From Longimicrobiales bacterium (GTDB lineage Bacteria > Gemmatimonadota > Gemmatimonadetes > Longimicrobiales > Gaopeijiaceae): a stretch of 64,000 bases of DNA. Where the stretch lies: the NCBI GenBank assembly GCA_965248195.1, contig CBDFIQ010000002.1, positions 2,624,001-2,688,000 of the forward strand. The letters run 5' to 3'. Of the stretch, positions 28,523 through 38,007 are shown one piece after another. Position numbers and translations under genes: made by a program. The notes under the pieces were generated by a model that made no database searches, was not told the DNA's origin, and was given only the letters and a program-made list of their open reading frames with translations. Position 1 is the first letter of the stretch. Each line of letters starts with the position of its first letter.

Positions 28523-29305
28523 TCAGTTTTGGTCGTCGAGCCCGCCGCGACGGGTTTCGATGACGATCACTCCATCGGCGGACTCGCCATAGGCGACCGA
28601 TGCGGAGGGCCCGCGGAGGACTCGTATCGACCGAACCTGCCAGGCCGGGATCTCGTCCAGGATCTGCAGGCCTGGCGTTGTTCGTAGGGACAGCCCCGGC
28701 GGCCTGCTGGGGTTCAGCCGCGCCCCATCCAGGAAGATCGGTGGCTCTCGAGCCCCAGCGATGCTGCTGACTCCTCGAATCCGGACCTCGACTCCCCCCC
28801 CAAGGGCCCCCGTCCCGCGATCCACTCTGACCCCCGGAAGGCGGTAGGCCAGCAGGTCCGCCGCCGTCGCGCCCGAATCCGAATCGCTCGGGCCGACGGC
28901 ATCGAGGTCGGCTCGTGAACGCCTCGAACGGACACGGACGAGGACTTCGTCCAAGACCGCGGTGATTTGCGCGATGCTCAGCTGCAAGAAGGTGCCACCA
29001 CCTGGCACCACTTCAACCTGTTCAACGGTCGAGGAGTAACCCTCCCGCTGCACCCTGAGATGGACAACCCCCACAGGCAGCACCCCGAAGGAGAAGCTCC
29101 CATCCGCTGAGGTGACCTTGGTGCCGTCCTGGCCTGACACCGAAACGACCGCACCCTGTACAGGTTGCATGGTCCGGTCGTCGACGACGATCCCGTCGAA
29201 GCGACCCTCGTCTTGAGCCAGCGCGGGAGCCGGCCACATCGACGTGAGGAGTATCGCAACGGCGGTGAAGGCCGGCTTGGAGATCCTCCCTGGACTGATG
29301 AACAT
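28523..29305 (-). CDS. Carboxypeptidase-regulatory-like domain plus TonB plug domain, no barrel
   Basis: Signal peptide; G.VVD..T.QPV.GA.V; IRGVSSI...PPIFLDG; IRVLRGPSASVAYGESADGVIVIETRRG followed almost at once by a stop. Confidence 0.8.
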   Translation of the reverse strand: MFISPGRISKPAFTAVAILLTSMWPAPALAQDEGRFDGIVVDDRTMQPVQGAVVSVSGQDGTKVTSADGSFSFGVLPVGVVHLRVQREGYSSTVEQVEVVPGGGTFLQLSIAQITAVLDEVLVRVRSRRSRADLDAVGPSDSDSGATAADLLAYRLPGVRVDRGTGALGGGVEVRIRGVSSIAGAREPPIFLDGARLNPSRPPGLSLRTTPGLQILDEIPAWQVRSIRVLRGPSASVAYGESADGVIVIETRRGGLDDQN

Positions 29306-29695
29306 GTGTCGCCTCTCGGGAATCGGGCACGCCGAACGACACCTGACTATTCCCCCCAGAGGTACCGAGGTTCCGCCACCGAACGAGCATCGTGGCGCAG
29401 CTTGGATACGGCCTCCACTGATCGGCCCGATGAGCTTTACTTTGACCTTGTGGAACGGGAACCAAGTCGGACAGGCGCGGGTTTTTCTAGAAGGGGACGG
29501 CCCACGGTACATCTGGAAGGGAGACCGTTAGGCTACTATTGCACGATTTACGGGACACCGAGCATTTGACCCGAGGATTTTGAGATCAGCGAACAATCGT
29601 GCGTACCAGACTCCAGCCCCGGATCTGACGAGGAGGGCTCCATCGACGTACACACACTCTCAGACCGGACCAGGTTCGGTAGGGTCCTCCCCGCG

Positions 29696-30769
29696 GTGAC
29701 GTTGGGATTGCTCATGATCGCGTGTGAAGGGCCGCCGCCTTCCGGGCTCGCCGCTCCGGACTCGGACCCCGCTGAGCTCTTCTGCAACATTCCCTTGGAC
29801 CAGATCCACCAGGGGGCCTCCGGAAAGGACTTTATCCCGGCGCTCACGGACCCAGTGATGGCTGATGCAGGAACGCCTGGGGCCGCATACCTGGATTCTG
29901 AGGACCGGGTGATCGGCATCTTTATCGAGGGCCAACCATTCGCTGTTCCCCACCAAGTGCTTTGGTGGCACGAGATCATGAACCTGAACGTCGGTAGCAC
30001 CCACCTGGCCGTTACGTATTGTCCCCTGACCGGTTCAAGCATGGCTTTCGACCGCTCAGCGATCGAGGGTGCGGAGCTTGGAGTCTCGGGGCTGCTCTTT
30101 CAGAACAACCTGATGATGTATGACCGAAGGACCGAGGAGTCGTTTTGGCCCCAGATGCTCAGCGGAGCTCGGTGTGGGGCCGCCACGGGCACAGAGCTGC
30201 AGATGTTGCCTGTTGTAGAGATGACCTGGCAGGGGTGGACCGATCTCCATCCGGATACGAAGGTGCCTGCGCACGACCCCGGGAGCGGCCAGAACTTCGC
30301 CGCCTATGGGTATCCGTATGGGAACTACGAAGAGCCGGACAATTCGGGGCTCTTGTTCTCCCTGCCGTCGATCGACCCCCGAAGGCCACCGAAAGAGCGG
30401 GTGTTGGGTATCCCGCCCCGTGGCACTGTCGGAGGCATCGCCTTCCCGTTCGGCGAGTTAAACGCTCTGGGGAGCGTGGGCGCGGCGCAGGGGCCCCTCG
30501 GCGGTCGCTCGGTCGTGGTGTTTTGGGACGGATTGCGGCAGGGCGCGCTGGCATTCTATCCCAACGCGGAGAACCAGGAGCTCAGCTTCGAGACCAGCAA
30601 CGAAACGATCGTCGACTTGGAAACAGGGAGCACTTGGACGATCGAGGGACTGGCCGTAGAGGGGCCACTAGTGGGAACCCAACTCAAGCCGGTTGCCGAA
30701 GCGCACACTGCGTTCTGGTTTGCATGGGCGGCCTTCCACCCCGCAACCCAGCTCTGGGAAGTTGGATAG
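29696..30769 (+). CDS. DUF3179 domain-containing lipoprotein
   Basis: Lipobox MIAC; GKDFIPAL, WHEIMN, VTYCPLTGS, GVSGLLFQNNLMMYDR.TES.WPQ and FWFAWAAFHP motifs. Confidence 0.88.
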   Translation: MTLGLLMIACEGPPPSGLAAPDSDPAELFCNIPLDQIHQGASGKDFIPALTDPVMADAGTPGAAYLDSEDRVIGIFIEGQPFAVPHQVLWWHEIMNLNVGSTHLAVTYCPLTGSSMAFDRSAIEGAELGVSGLLFQNNLMMYDRRTEESFWPQMLSGARCGAATGTELQMLPVVEMTWQGWTDLHPDTKVPAHDPGSGQNFAAYGYPYGNYEEPDNSGLLFSLPSIDPRRPPKERVLGIPPRGTVGGIAFPFGELNALGSVGAAQGPLGGRSVVVFWDGLRQGALAFYPNAENQELSFETSNETIVDLETGSTWTIEGLAVEGPLVGTQLKPVAEAHTAFWFAWAAFHPATQLWEVG

Positions 30770-30780
30770 GGGGTCCTTGC

Positions 30781-32073
30781 TCAACGAGTGTCTCGGAAGA
30801 GACGGTCCGCGAGGGTGTTCAGCACTGGCGCGCCCAGCACGACTACAGCCATGCCTACCATCTCCACCGCGGACAATCCCGAGTCGCCGGCGCTGACGCT
30901 TGCGAGCGCGAACCCTGGAACGAAAACCGGAAGCGAGTAGAGGAGCGACTGTCGAAACCTTCCTATGGATCGATCTGTACTCCCTGCCCACCTGGCGGCG
31001 AGGCTTGCGGTCAGGGGTGGTAGGATGGCCGCAAGAACGCTCGTGCCAAGCAGCGGGGCGGCCCCACAGTAATCCTCCCCTCGGAAAAAAGTGCGGGTCT
31101 TGAGATCCATGCACCTGCTAAGCAAGGCTCCTGCGGCGGCAAGCCCGACTGCGTTCCCGAGGAACGCTGCTCCATAAACCTTGGCCCAAGGGTGCGGCTG
31201 TGCCTCGAGACTCCAGTCGAACTGGCCGGCGGACAGGGCGCTACGCCGCGCGACCGGGATGCCGTCCTCCGTGAAGAGCCCGCCGCGACGGGTTTCGAGA
31301 AGGATGACTCCCCACCCAGCATTCGCGCCGAATTGGCCACCCGCATCAGCGGGAGGGATGACTTGGATCCGTTCCAGCCCGTCGAGGGAAAACTGGGTCA
31401 AAAAGCTCAGCGGCTCCGGAACGACGCTCCCGTCCAGGCGAACCTCAGGAGGACGACATCGGCCGTCACCCCGCCGTGCACCGCGGAATTCGACACAGAG
31501 ATATGCGCCGACATCACCCCCGCCGGGCGTTCGCACCGAGATCCCCGCGACCGATCGTCTAAGGTAGTCCCCTAGAGTAACACCGCTCACCGCGGCCCGG
31601 GCAATCTCCTCCCGGGTTAGGATGTTTCGAGATGAAGGTGAGGCGCGTTCAGCACGCTCCCGCGCCCCGTCCGCATTCATCACCACAAGGAGAGCAGGGA
31701 GCTGGATCGCCGCCTGCGAGATGAAGATCTCGACCGCAGCAGTCCCCCGTCCTTCGAGCCGCAGTGGATGAAGGTGAGTGCCGTAGGCGAGGTGCTGCAC
31801 CTGCACCAGATACGCCCCTTCGGCGACTCCGTCGAAGGCGAATTCTCCGTCCGACCCCGTCAGGGCCTGGAGGCCGGCCGGACCGCTGCGGGATCCGTCT
31901 AGCTGCAGGAAATCGACCTGCGCGCTCGAGACCGGCTCGCCCGTGGCTCGGTCGACGATCCGGCCGGTGACGCCGTCGCTGACCTGGGCATCCGCGGGAA
32001 TGACGCCCAGGCAGAAGACGATGAGGAACGCTACTGCGGGCGGTCCCCCTCTCCACATCTTCATCTCTGGCAT
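30781..32073 (-). CDS. Carboxypeptidase-regulatory-like domain, plug-like domain and C-terminal membrane helices
   Basis: GRIVDRATGEPVSSAQV; PEVRLDG; ERIQVIPPADAGGQFG....GVILLETRRG; then about four hydrophobic segments. Confidence 0.75.
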   Translation of the reverse strand: MPEMKMWRGGPPAVAFLIVFCLGVIPADAQVSDGVTGRIVDRATGEPVSSAQVDFLQLDGSRSGPAGLQALTGSDGEFAFDGVAEGAYLVQVQHLAYGTHLHPLRLEGRGTAAVEIFISQAAIQLPALLVVMNADGARERAERASPSSRNILTREEIARAAVSGVTLGDYLRRSVAGISVRTPGGGDVGAYLCVEFRGARRGDGRCRPPEVRLDGSVVPEPLSFLTQFSLDGLERIQVIPPADAGGQFGANAGWGVILLETRRGGLFTEDGIPVARRSALSAGQFDWSLEAQPHPWAKVYGAAFLGNAVGLAAAGALLSRCMDLKTRTFFRGEDYCGAAPLLGTSVLAAILPPLTASLAARWAGSTDRSIGRFRQSLLYSLPVFVPGFALASVSAGDSGLSAVEMVGMAVVVLGAPVLNTLADRLFRDTR

Positions 32074-32139
32074 CGTCGGCTCCTCCGCTTCAATCTGTCG
32101 CGACGCGGAACCTGAGTGAAGGGGGTCTGAGGGACAAGA

Positions 32140-32169
32140 CCGGGCTCCGAGATTTCTCCCGGAGCCCGG
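32140..32169 (-). terminator. GC-rich hairpin downstream of susD
   Basis: CCGGGCTCCG-N10-CGGAGCCCGG; the U-tail on the minus strand is weak (TCTTGT). Confidence 0.55.
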
Positions 32170-32240
32170 CCGATCGATCTACCCCTTCTCTTGCTTCCCT
32201 TTACACAGGGCCACTGCACGCACCCCGCGGCGCCCGCATC

Positions 32241-33710
32241 CTAGGGCAACGTCAAAGGGACGGGCCAAGCTACTGCCCGACTCAACTGATTCGGGTAGAT
32301 GTAGCTGAGGTCTGTGATATCGGGGCCTTCATACCCCGCCCCAAACTCGTCGATGATGTTTGTGTTGAGGTCATACTCGTCTGTCGGCATGAGCCAGCAG
32401 TAGCCGAATCCGAACTGGATCCCCTTGTGGTCCTTACCCCGGCCGCGCGGGAACCATAGACCGTAGCGAAGCTTGTCGGCGAGGTGGCGCCCCTCGAAGA
32501 AGAACTCGCGACGTCGCTCCTCGATCATCGTGCGATAGACCTCGTCGCTGTCGGTGCTCGCGAAGTTAGGAAGGCTGTGTACATCACGGAGGCTGTTGAT
32601 ATACCCGACCGCCGTCGCCAACGAGCCCTGCGCGATCTCGACTTCTGCTAGGATGAGTTGCGCCTCGGCCCATTTCGCCAGGGCCTGGGGGTCCGAGACC
32701 GTTGGATACTTGTTCTGGATGTACTGGTCGGTGACCCCGTCCTGCGCGAACTGACCGGTGAAGGTCACATCGACCCGGGGGTCCGGCATGCCATCGTCCA
32801 CCGTTTGGAGACCAGAGGGATCGATGGTCAGATCGTAGTATCCCGCTGAGATGAGTTGGGTAGGGTTGAAGTCGTTCCAGTACCCTGGCCCACCGATCGT
32901 GCGCCACCCCGATACGGTCAATGCCTGAGTTACCGCGTTCCAGCGGCTGCGTACAGACGCGTCTCGCGTGACCCAAGCCACGAAGCCAGGCTGAATCAGC
33001 AGTGCGTCCGCTTTGGCTCCGTCTAAGTTCCCGATCTGGAGGCGGACACGCGCCCGACCGAGAAGCGCCATCTGCTTCAAGCTGGTCGTGCTCACGATCT
33101 CCGCGTCCCCAGCACCGAGCGCATCCAGCGCCTTGGTGAACCACTCCTCGGCGGTTGTCAGGGTCTCCACCGGGGTCTGCATCGGGCCTACGCCCGCAGC
33201 AAATTCGCAATAGGTCTCACCGAAGACCGCGTAGAAAAACCCCGCGTAGACGGCCGCCGTGGCCAAGTGTGTGTTTCGGTCCCCCAGAACCTCAGCGTCG
33301 GTCCACTCGAGGAGTGCGTCGTAGACACCCACGGCTATGAATCGGGAGGACTGGAAGCTGGTGAACCAGTCAGTGCCGGTGTCAGAATTCTCGTTGCAGG
33401 CATCGGTAGGTGGGCGCGTGCGAAGATAGTCGGTCTCCTGACGCCAGTACCCGCTGGTCGCCCAGGTAGCGTCCTCCATACCAGATTGAACGGCGCTCAT
33501 CATCGAGTATGAGCACTCGAAGTCAGCAATGACCGAGTTGAGGATGATCGGAGTCGATCCCGGGTCGAAAAGATCGTCCGCGGTAAGATTCCCCGGAACT
33601 TCTACCTCCAGCAAGGAATCACATCCTCCAATTGTCAGAATAGCCGCTCCCATAGCCGAAGCCATGGCCAGCCGCGTTCCCGACCACCGTGTGTGTCGTT
33701 GGGTCTTCAT
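32241..33710 (-). CDS. susD: RagB/SusD-family outer-membrane lipoprotein
   Basis: Start MKTQRH at 33710, lipobox IGGC-DSLL, EAQLILAE and EERRREFFFEGRH motifs; follows susC. Confidence 0.88.
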   Translation of the reverse strand: MKTQRHTRWSGTRLAMASAMGAAILTIGGCDSLLEVEVPGNLTADDLFDPGSTPIILNSVIADFECSYSMMSAVQSGMEDATWATSGYWRQETDYLRTRPPTDACNENSDTGTDWFTSFQSSRFIAVGVYDALLEWTDAEVLGDRNTHLATAAVYAGFFYAVFGETYCEFAAGVGPMQTPVETLTTAEEWFTKALDALGAGDAEIVSTTSLKQMALLGRARVRLQIGNLDGAKADALLIQPGFVAWVTRDASVRSRWNAVTQALTVSGWRTIGGPGYWNDFNPTQLISAGYYDLTIDPSGLQTVDDGMPDPRVDVTFTGQFAQDGVTDQYIQNKYPTVSDPQALAKWAEAQLILAEVEIAQGSLATAVGYINSLRDVHSLPNFASTDSDEVYRTMIEERRREFFFEGRHLADKLRYGLWFPRGRGKDHKGIQFGFGYCWLMPTDEYDLNTNIIDEFGAGYEGPDITDLSYIYPNQLSRAVAWPVPLTLP

Positions 33711-33736
33711 GTCAGCTCGCTCCATGGATCGTGGCA

Positions 33737-36700
33737 TTAGAAGGTGACCCGCATGGTCACCGTGAAGTTCGTGAGCGGGGGAACGTTCGAGTTCGAAGCC
33801 GTGAGGCTTCCCGCACGCCGCGCCTCGGGGTCCGTCACCGGCACTCCGGGGTAGGTTTCGCCCGAGGGGGTTGTGGCGTCCCCGATGGTGTACGTCGCCT
33901 GCCAGATCGTCCACAAGTTCCTCGCGGCAACGTTGATGGAAGCCCTGGAGGCTCCGGCCCGGGCGGCCAACGAGGTCGGAAGTGTGTAATTGAGGCTGAT
34001 CTCGCGGAGCTTCGCGAACGAGGCATCGAACTCGTTGGTGAGTCGAGTCTGCTGGGCCCTGCCCGTAATCGCGGCGACCATGAACGGATCGTCTCTCCTT
34101 ACCGAAGCCTCCGACGTCTGGAAGCACGTGTGTCGGCACGCGGCGTCCGTCAGATTCCGCCAGTGCTCTCCCCGCCACTCCGCCATTGCGTACAGTCGCA
34201 GGTTGTCGAAGAGCGTGATCGTCGTATTCACGGTCGCTTCATGCTTCGGAAGCGCCAGGCCGTTACCCTGCCTGATACGCGGCGCGCCACTGCAGGGCTC
34301 CGGGGCGCCCCCCGGATCCAGACCGAGAACCCCTGTTCCACCGTCACACATCACGTTGATCGCGTTTCCGGTAGCGTCGAGCTCAGCCGAGAGGATGATT
34401 CGCTCCGTCTGGAAGGGATAGTTCAGGCCCTCCCTGAGGTCGTTCGTCTCTGGATTCCCACCCAGGTCGTCGATCCGGTTTTCGTTGCTGTTAATTCCTA
34501 AACCCAGATCCCAGGAGAAGCTCGACCGGTCAAGGATCCGGCCGTTCATGTTCAGCTCCCAGCCCCAATTGGTGAGCTGCCCGAGGTTCACAGTCTGAGC
34601 TCCGGGGAAGCCGAACGTTGGTGGGACCGGGATATCGATGAGTGCGTCCTTCACCTGCTGATTGTAATAGGTGAACGCCGCGCTGATCCGCTCGTCGAGG
34701 AACGCGGCATCGAAGCCAACCTCGATCTCCGAGCTGACTTCCGGCCCCAGATCCGGGTTGCCCAGCACGTCGGGTGTGACGGACGGTTGTCCACCCGGTC
34801 CCGGCTCGGGCGCGTAGAGCGTCACCCCGGCGAACGTGTCCGGCTGACGACCCGCCTTCCCCCAGGCCGACCTCAGACGGAAGCTGCTCACATAGTCATC
34901 GAGGCCACCCCAGAAGTCCTCCTCCGAGAGAACCCAGGTGCCCGAGAACTTCGGGTAGATCGCAGCGTCGAAGTCCGCCCCGAACGCTGAGTTGTCGTCC
35001 CCGCGAACCGCCGCGGTCAGGAAGAGGCGGTCATTCCAGCCCATTTCCTGCTGCACATACAGTCCCACGGACTTGTTCTCTATGAATGACTGGCCTGCGC
35101 TCGTGGACGCGGCGCCCGAGAGCGTCGTGATCTGAGGGGCTGGGAATACTTGCCCGATTCCGCTGACGATCTCCTCGGTCCTAGCGTAGTACTGCAGGCC
35201 GAACGAAGAGGTGAACTGCACGTTTTCGCCGAGCCCGGGCAGCCCCCCGTACGTCGCGCTCGCCGCGTAATCGAGTGTCTGGTACTCGCGCCTCGGACGG
35301 TCGATCTCGATGTTCCCCAGCGCGAGCGCGCCGAACTCCTCAGGCACCGCACGCCTCGGAAAGAGTTGGGAATTCTCCTCGTTCAACACGTCCGTCCCGA
35401 TGATCACCCGATGGGTGAACCAAGGCCTCGGAACATGTGTGAGCGTCGCGCTCCCCGTGAACCGGTTCAAATCACGAATGGCTCTATTATCAGCGATCTC
35501 CTCGGGTCTCGCTCTGAGGAAGCCGCGTAGGATGCGGTCCTGCCCCTCGGGGTTCGCCCACTGGAACTGCTCCCACATCCCCCAGGCCGTCCTCTGCTGC
35601 ATGAAGCTCGTCTGGCCGGTGATGTAGCCGAGGCTCACGTTCACCGTAACCTGGTCGGACGGCAGGATGGTAAGATTCGAACGCAGGTTGGTCTGCTTCT
35701 TCCAGTTGTAGCTGACGATCCCTGCGTCATCTCCGTAGTCTGCAGACAGGAAGTACCGGAGCCGGTCGGTGCCCCCCCGCATGCTAAGCGTGTAGGTTTG
35801 CAGCTGTCCGGTCTGGAAGTGGTTCCGACCAGCGGCTTTCTCGGCTTCGTAAATGTTGAAGGAGATGATGTTCCCGCTAGCATCTCGTCCGAACGACTCA
35901 CCAACCTTCCCCGATACGTCGTTCAGCCACGTCGCTCCCTGCCGGATGGACATGCTAAACTGAGTGGCGCCCCTCTGTCCCCTCTTAGTGATGATCTGGA
36001 TCACCCCGGCGGAGGCCTCCGTGCCGTAGAGCGTCGCAGCGGCGGGCCCCTTGATGATCTCGACGCTCTCGATCTCGTCGGGGCTGAAATCGTCTAGCGA
36101 GGAGACCTGCCCGCCATCGCGCAGGTTCGGGCCACCCCCCGTCTGGTTGTCCACGCGGATCCCATCCACGTAAATCAGGGGCTGGCTTCCCATTGTGACG
36201 CTGGAGACGCCTCGAATCCGCATCTCCGATCCGGTCCCTATGTTCCCCGAATTGCGGTTGAAGCTGAGACCCGACTCCCGCGCCCCAAGCAGGTCCTGAA
36301 TGGTACCCACCGCAGCGACCTCCATGATCTCCACGGCCTCAACCCGTCCCACCACGTTTCCGATCGCTCGGGCTCGCGTACCTCCAGCCGTTCCCGTCAC
36401 GACCAATTCGTCCAGCCGAAGCGCATCCCGGGAGACCTGGAATTCTATGGTTACAACGCCCCCGGCGGTGACCGTCACCTGTTGCGTTTCCCTGGTGAAT
36501 CCGAGGCGCTCCACCACGACCTCATACAGCCCGGCCCGCACGTTAGTGAGGATGAACGACCCATTGGGCCGCGAGTCGGTGCCGAGCGACAGCTCATCAA
36601 TGTGCACATAGGCCGCATCTATGGGCACCCCGCTCGCAGCGTCAACGATCCGGCCGGCAATGGTGCCTGTGTTTTGAGCAGCGAGTCCCGGCGCGGGGGT

Positions 36701-36790
36701 CAGCAACGTACCAATGAGGCCACCGAGCACTGCCACCCTTTGGAACCACGAGCCGTGTGCTTCCCCGTGATAAAACCTTTGAACCACCAT
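33737..36790 (-). CDS. susC: SusC/RagA-family TonB-dependent outer-membrane transporter
   Basis: LDELVVTG, IRGVSS, PLIYVDG, IESVEIIKGPAAATLYGTEASAGVIQIITKRG, GNPDLGPE and a C-terminal Phe. Confidence 0.95.
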   Translation of the reverse strand: MVVQRFYHGEAHGSWFQRVAVLGGLIGTLLTPAPGLAAQNTGTIAGRIVDAASGVPIDAAYVHIDELSLGTDSRPNGSFILTNVRAGLYEVVVERLGFTRETQQVTVTAGGVVTIEFQVSRDALRLDELVVTGTAGGTRARAIGNVVGRVEAVEIMEVAAVGTIQDLLGARESGLSFNRNSGNIGTGSEMRIRGVSSVTMGSQPLIYVDGIRVDNQTGGGPNLRDGGQVSSLDDFSPDEIESVEIIKGPAAATLYGTEASAGVIQIITKRGQRGATQFSMSIRQGATWLNDVSGKVGESFGRDASGNIISFNIYEAEKAAGRNHFQTGQLQTYTLSMRGGTDRLRYFLSADYGDDAGIVSYNWKKQTNLRSNLTILPSDQVTVNVSLGYITGQTSFMQQRTAWGMWEQFQWANPEGQDRILRGFLRARPEEIADNRAIRDLNRFTGSATLTHVPRPWFTHRVIIGTDVLNEENSQLFPRRAVPEEFGALALGNIEIDRPRREYQTLDYAASATYGGLPGLGENVQFTSSFGLQYYARTEEIVSGIGQVFPAPQITTLSGAASTSAGQSFIENKSVGLYVQQEMGWNDRLFLTAAVRGDDNSAFGADFDAAIYPKFSGTWVLSEEDFWGGLDDYVSSFRLRSAWGKAGRQPDTFAGVTLYAPEPGPGGQPSVTPDVLGNPDLGPEVSSEIEVGFDAAFLDERISAAFTYYNQQVKDALIDIPVPPTFGFPGAQTVNLGQLTNWGWELNMNGRILDRSSFSWDLGLGINSNENRIDDLGGNPETNDLREGLNYPFQTERIILSAELDATGNAINVMCDGGTGVLGLDPGGAPEPCSGAPRIRQGNGLALPKHEATVNTTITLFDNLRLYAMAEWRGEHWRNLTDAACRHTCFQTSEASVRRDDPFMVAAITGRAQQTRLTNEFDASFAKLREISLNYTLPTSLAARAGASRASINVAARNLWTIWQATYTIGDATTPSGETYPGVPVTDPEARRAGSLTASNSNVPPLTNFTVTMRVTF

Positions 36791-37155
36791 GATCTCCTCC
36801 GTACGATTGGAACACCAGGAATGGCTGATCTATAAAAAAACAGAAAACGTGGACCTGTGGCGGCAGGTAAGCGATGGCAGCGCGATGGCTTACCCATGAG
36901 CGTTTTTTCGAGGAAGAAGCTACGCTTTGAGGGGTCGTCTTGCAAGCGAGGTGCGGAGGCACGGTGCGGTACCTACTCTCGAAACTTTTGGAACGCCGTC
37001 GTGCGTGGTGCGTTGATGCCAGGAAGGGGCCCTCTCCCTTGAGAAGGACACGAGGTGGCACAGCGCTCCGGGCGTAGGGCATCACCTGCACCCACGATGC
37101 TCGAATGGGACGAAGGCATGCGTAACGTGGGCAGTGGTCGGTGACGTCCCCGCCC

Positions 37156-38007
37156 CTAGATCGTCTCCAGCACCCCCACGGGGACCCACCCCACCCTCCC
37201 ATCCTCGAGCACGACCTCAGCCCATTCCTCGGAGAGGCGATCGATCCGAACCTTGGTCCCTTCGTGCACCGTGAAAACCGTGAGGGTCTCGTCGTCCAGA
37301 GGAGCGCTCTTCACGTCGACCTCGGGTTGTAGTACGACGGCCTCCTGCGTCCGTCCCACTTCGAACTCCCGAACGGCTAGGTTGAGTCCGAACAAAAGGA
37401 ACACGACACCGGAGGTGAGCGCGATCCGTCGGCCCCACATCGCCACCGGCGCTCCCCTCTTCAGGATGAGCAAGAGGACGACGCCCGTCCCGACCAGGTA
37501 GGAGGCTGCGACCACCGCGATGAGGAGGCTCCTCGGCAGAAGCGCGATCCACCACGTCACCGCAGCGAAGAGCCAGAACCGCGGGAGGGGCTCGATCTCG
37601 TCCACGGTCAACGAGCGTGCCAGCTCGAGGTTGGCCTGAACATCTTCATCCCCGGGGAGTAGCCGGCGGGCACGCTCGTAGTACAGGATCGCTTGGGCGA
37701 GATCACCGAGCTTGAAATAGGCGTTACCGATGTTGTAGTAGAGCTCGCCGCTCTCGAAACCGGCGTCTACCAGTCGCAGGTAGCTGGCGCGCGCTTCCTC
37801 GAACTCCCCTTCCTGGTACAGTCGGTTCCCCTCCTGGTAGAACTCCACCTGAGTGACCGCGAGATGAGGAGTGATTAGCACTGGGATTGTCAGTGCGTTC
37901 GACCCGGACACCTCGGGTATGCCCGAGGCTAGGACGCCGCGAGGGCTGGAGGCGACGGTGGCCGGGACGCCGGACATCGCCATCACCGCTAAGACCACCG
38001 CACGCAT
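37156..38007 (-). CDS. batE: BatE-like TPR plus SH3 protein
   Basis: YYNIGNAYFKLG..AQAILYYERARRL.P.DED..ANL; C-terminal VHEGTKV...GRVGWV. Confidence 0.87.
   Translation of the reverse strand: MRAVVLAVMAMSGVPATVASSPRGVLASGIPEVSGSNALTIPVLITPHLAVTQVEFYQEGNRLYQEGEFEEARASYLRLVDAGFESGELYYNIGNAYFKLGDLAQAILYYERARRLLPGDEDVQANLELARSLTVDEIEPLPRFWLFAAVTWWIALLPRSLLIAVVAASYLVGTGVVLLLILKRGAPVAMWGRRIALTSGVVFLLFGLNLAVREFEVGRTQEAVVLQPEVDVKSAPLDDETLTVFTVHEGTKVRIDRLSEEWAEVVLEDGRVGWVPVGVLETI

Noticed and set aside
32241..34178. 645-aa ORF as the full SusD
   Set aside because: The first 156 codons overlap the susC 3' end. The signal peptide and lipobox start at the Met at 33710.
36791..37155. Riboswitch (for example cobalamin or TPP) upstream of susC
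   Set aside because: No conserved riboswitch boxes recognised by eye; an Rfam scan would be needed to exclude one.
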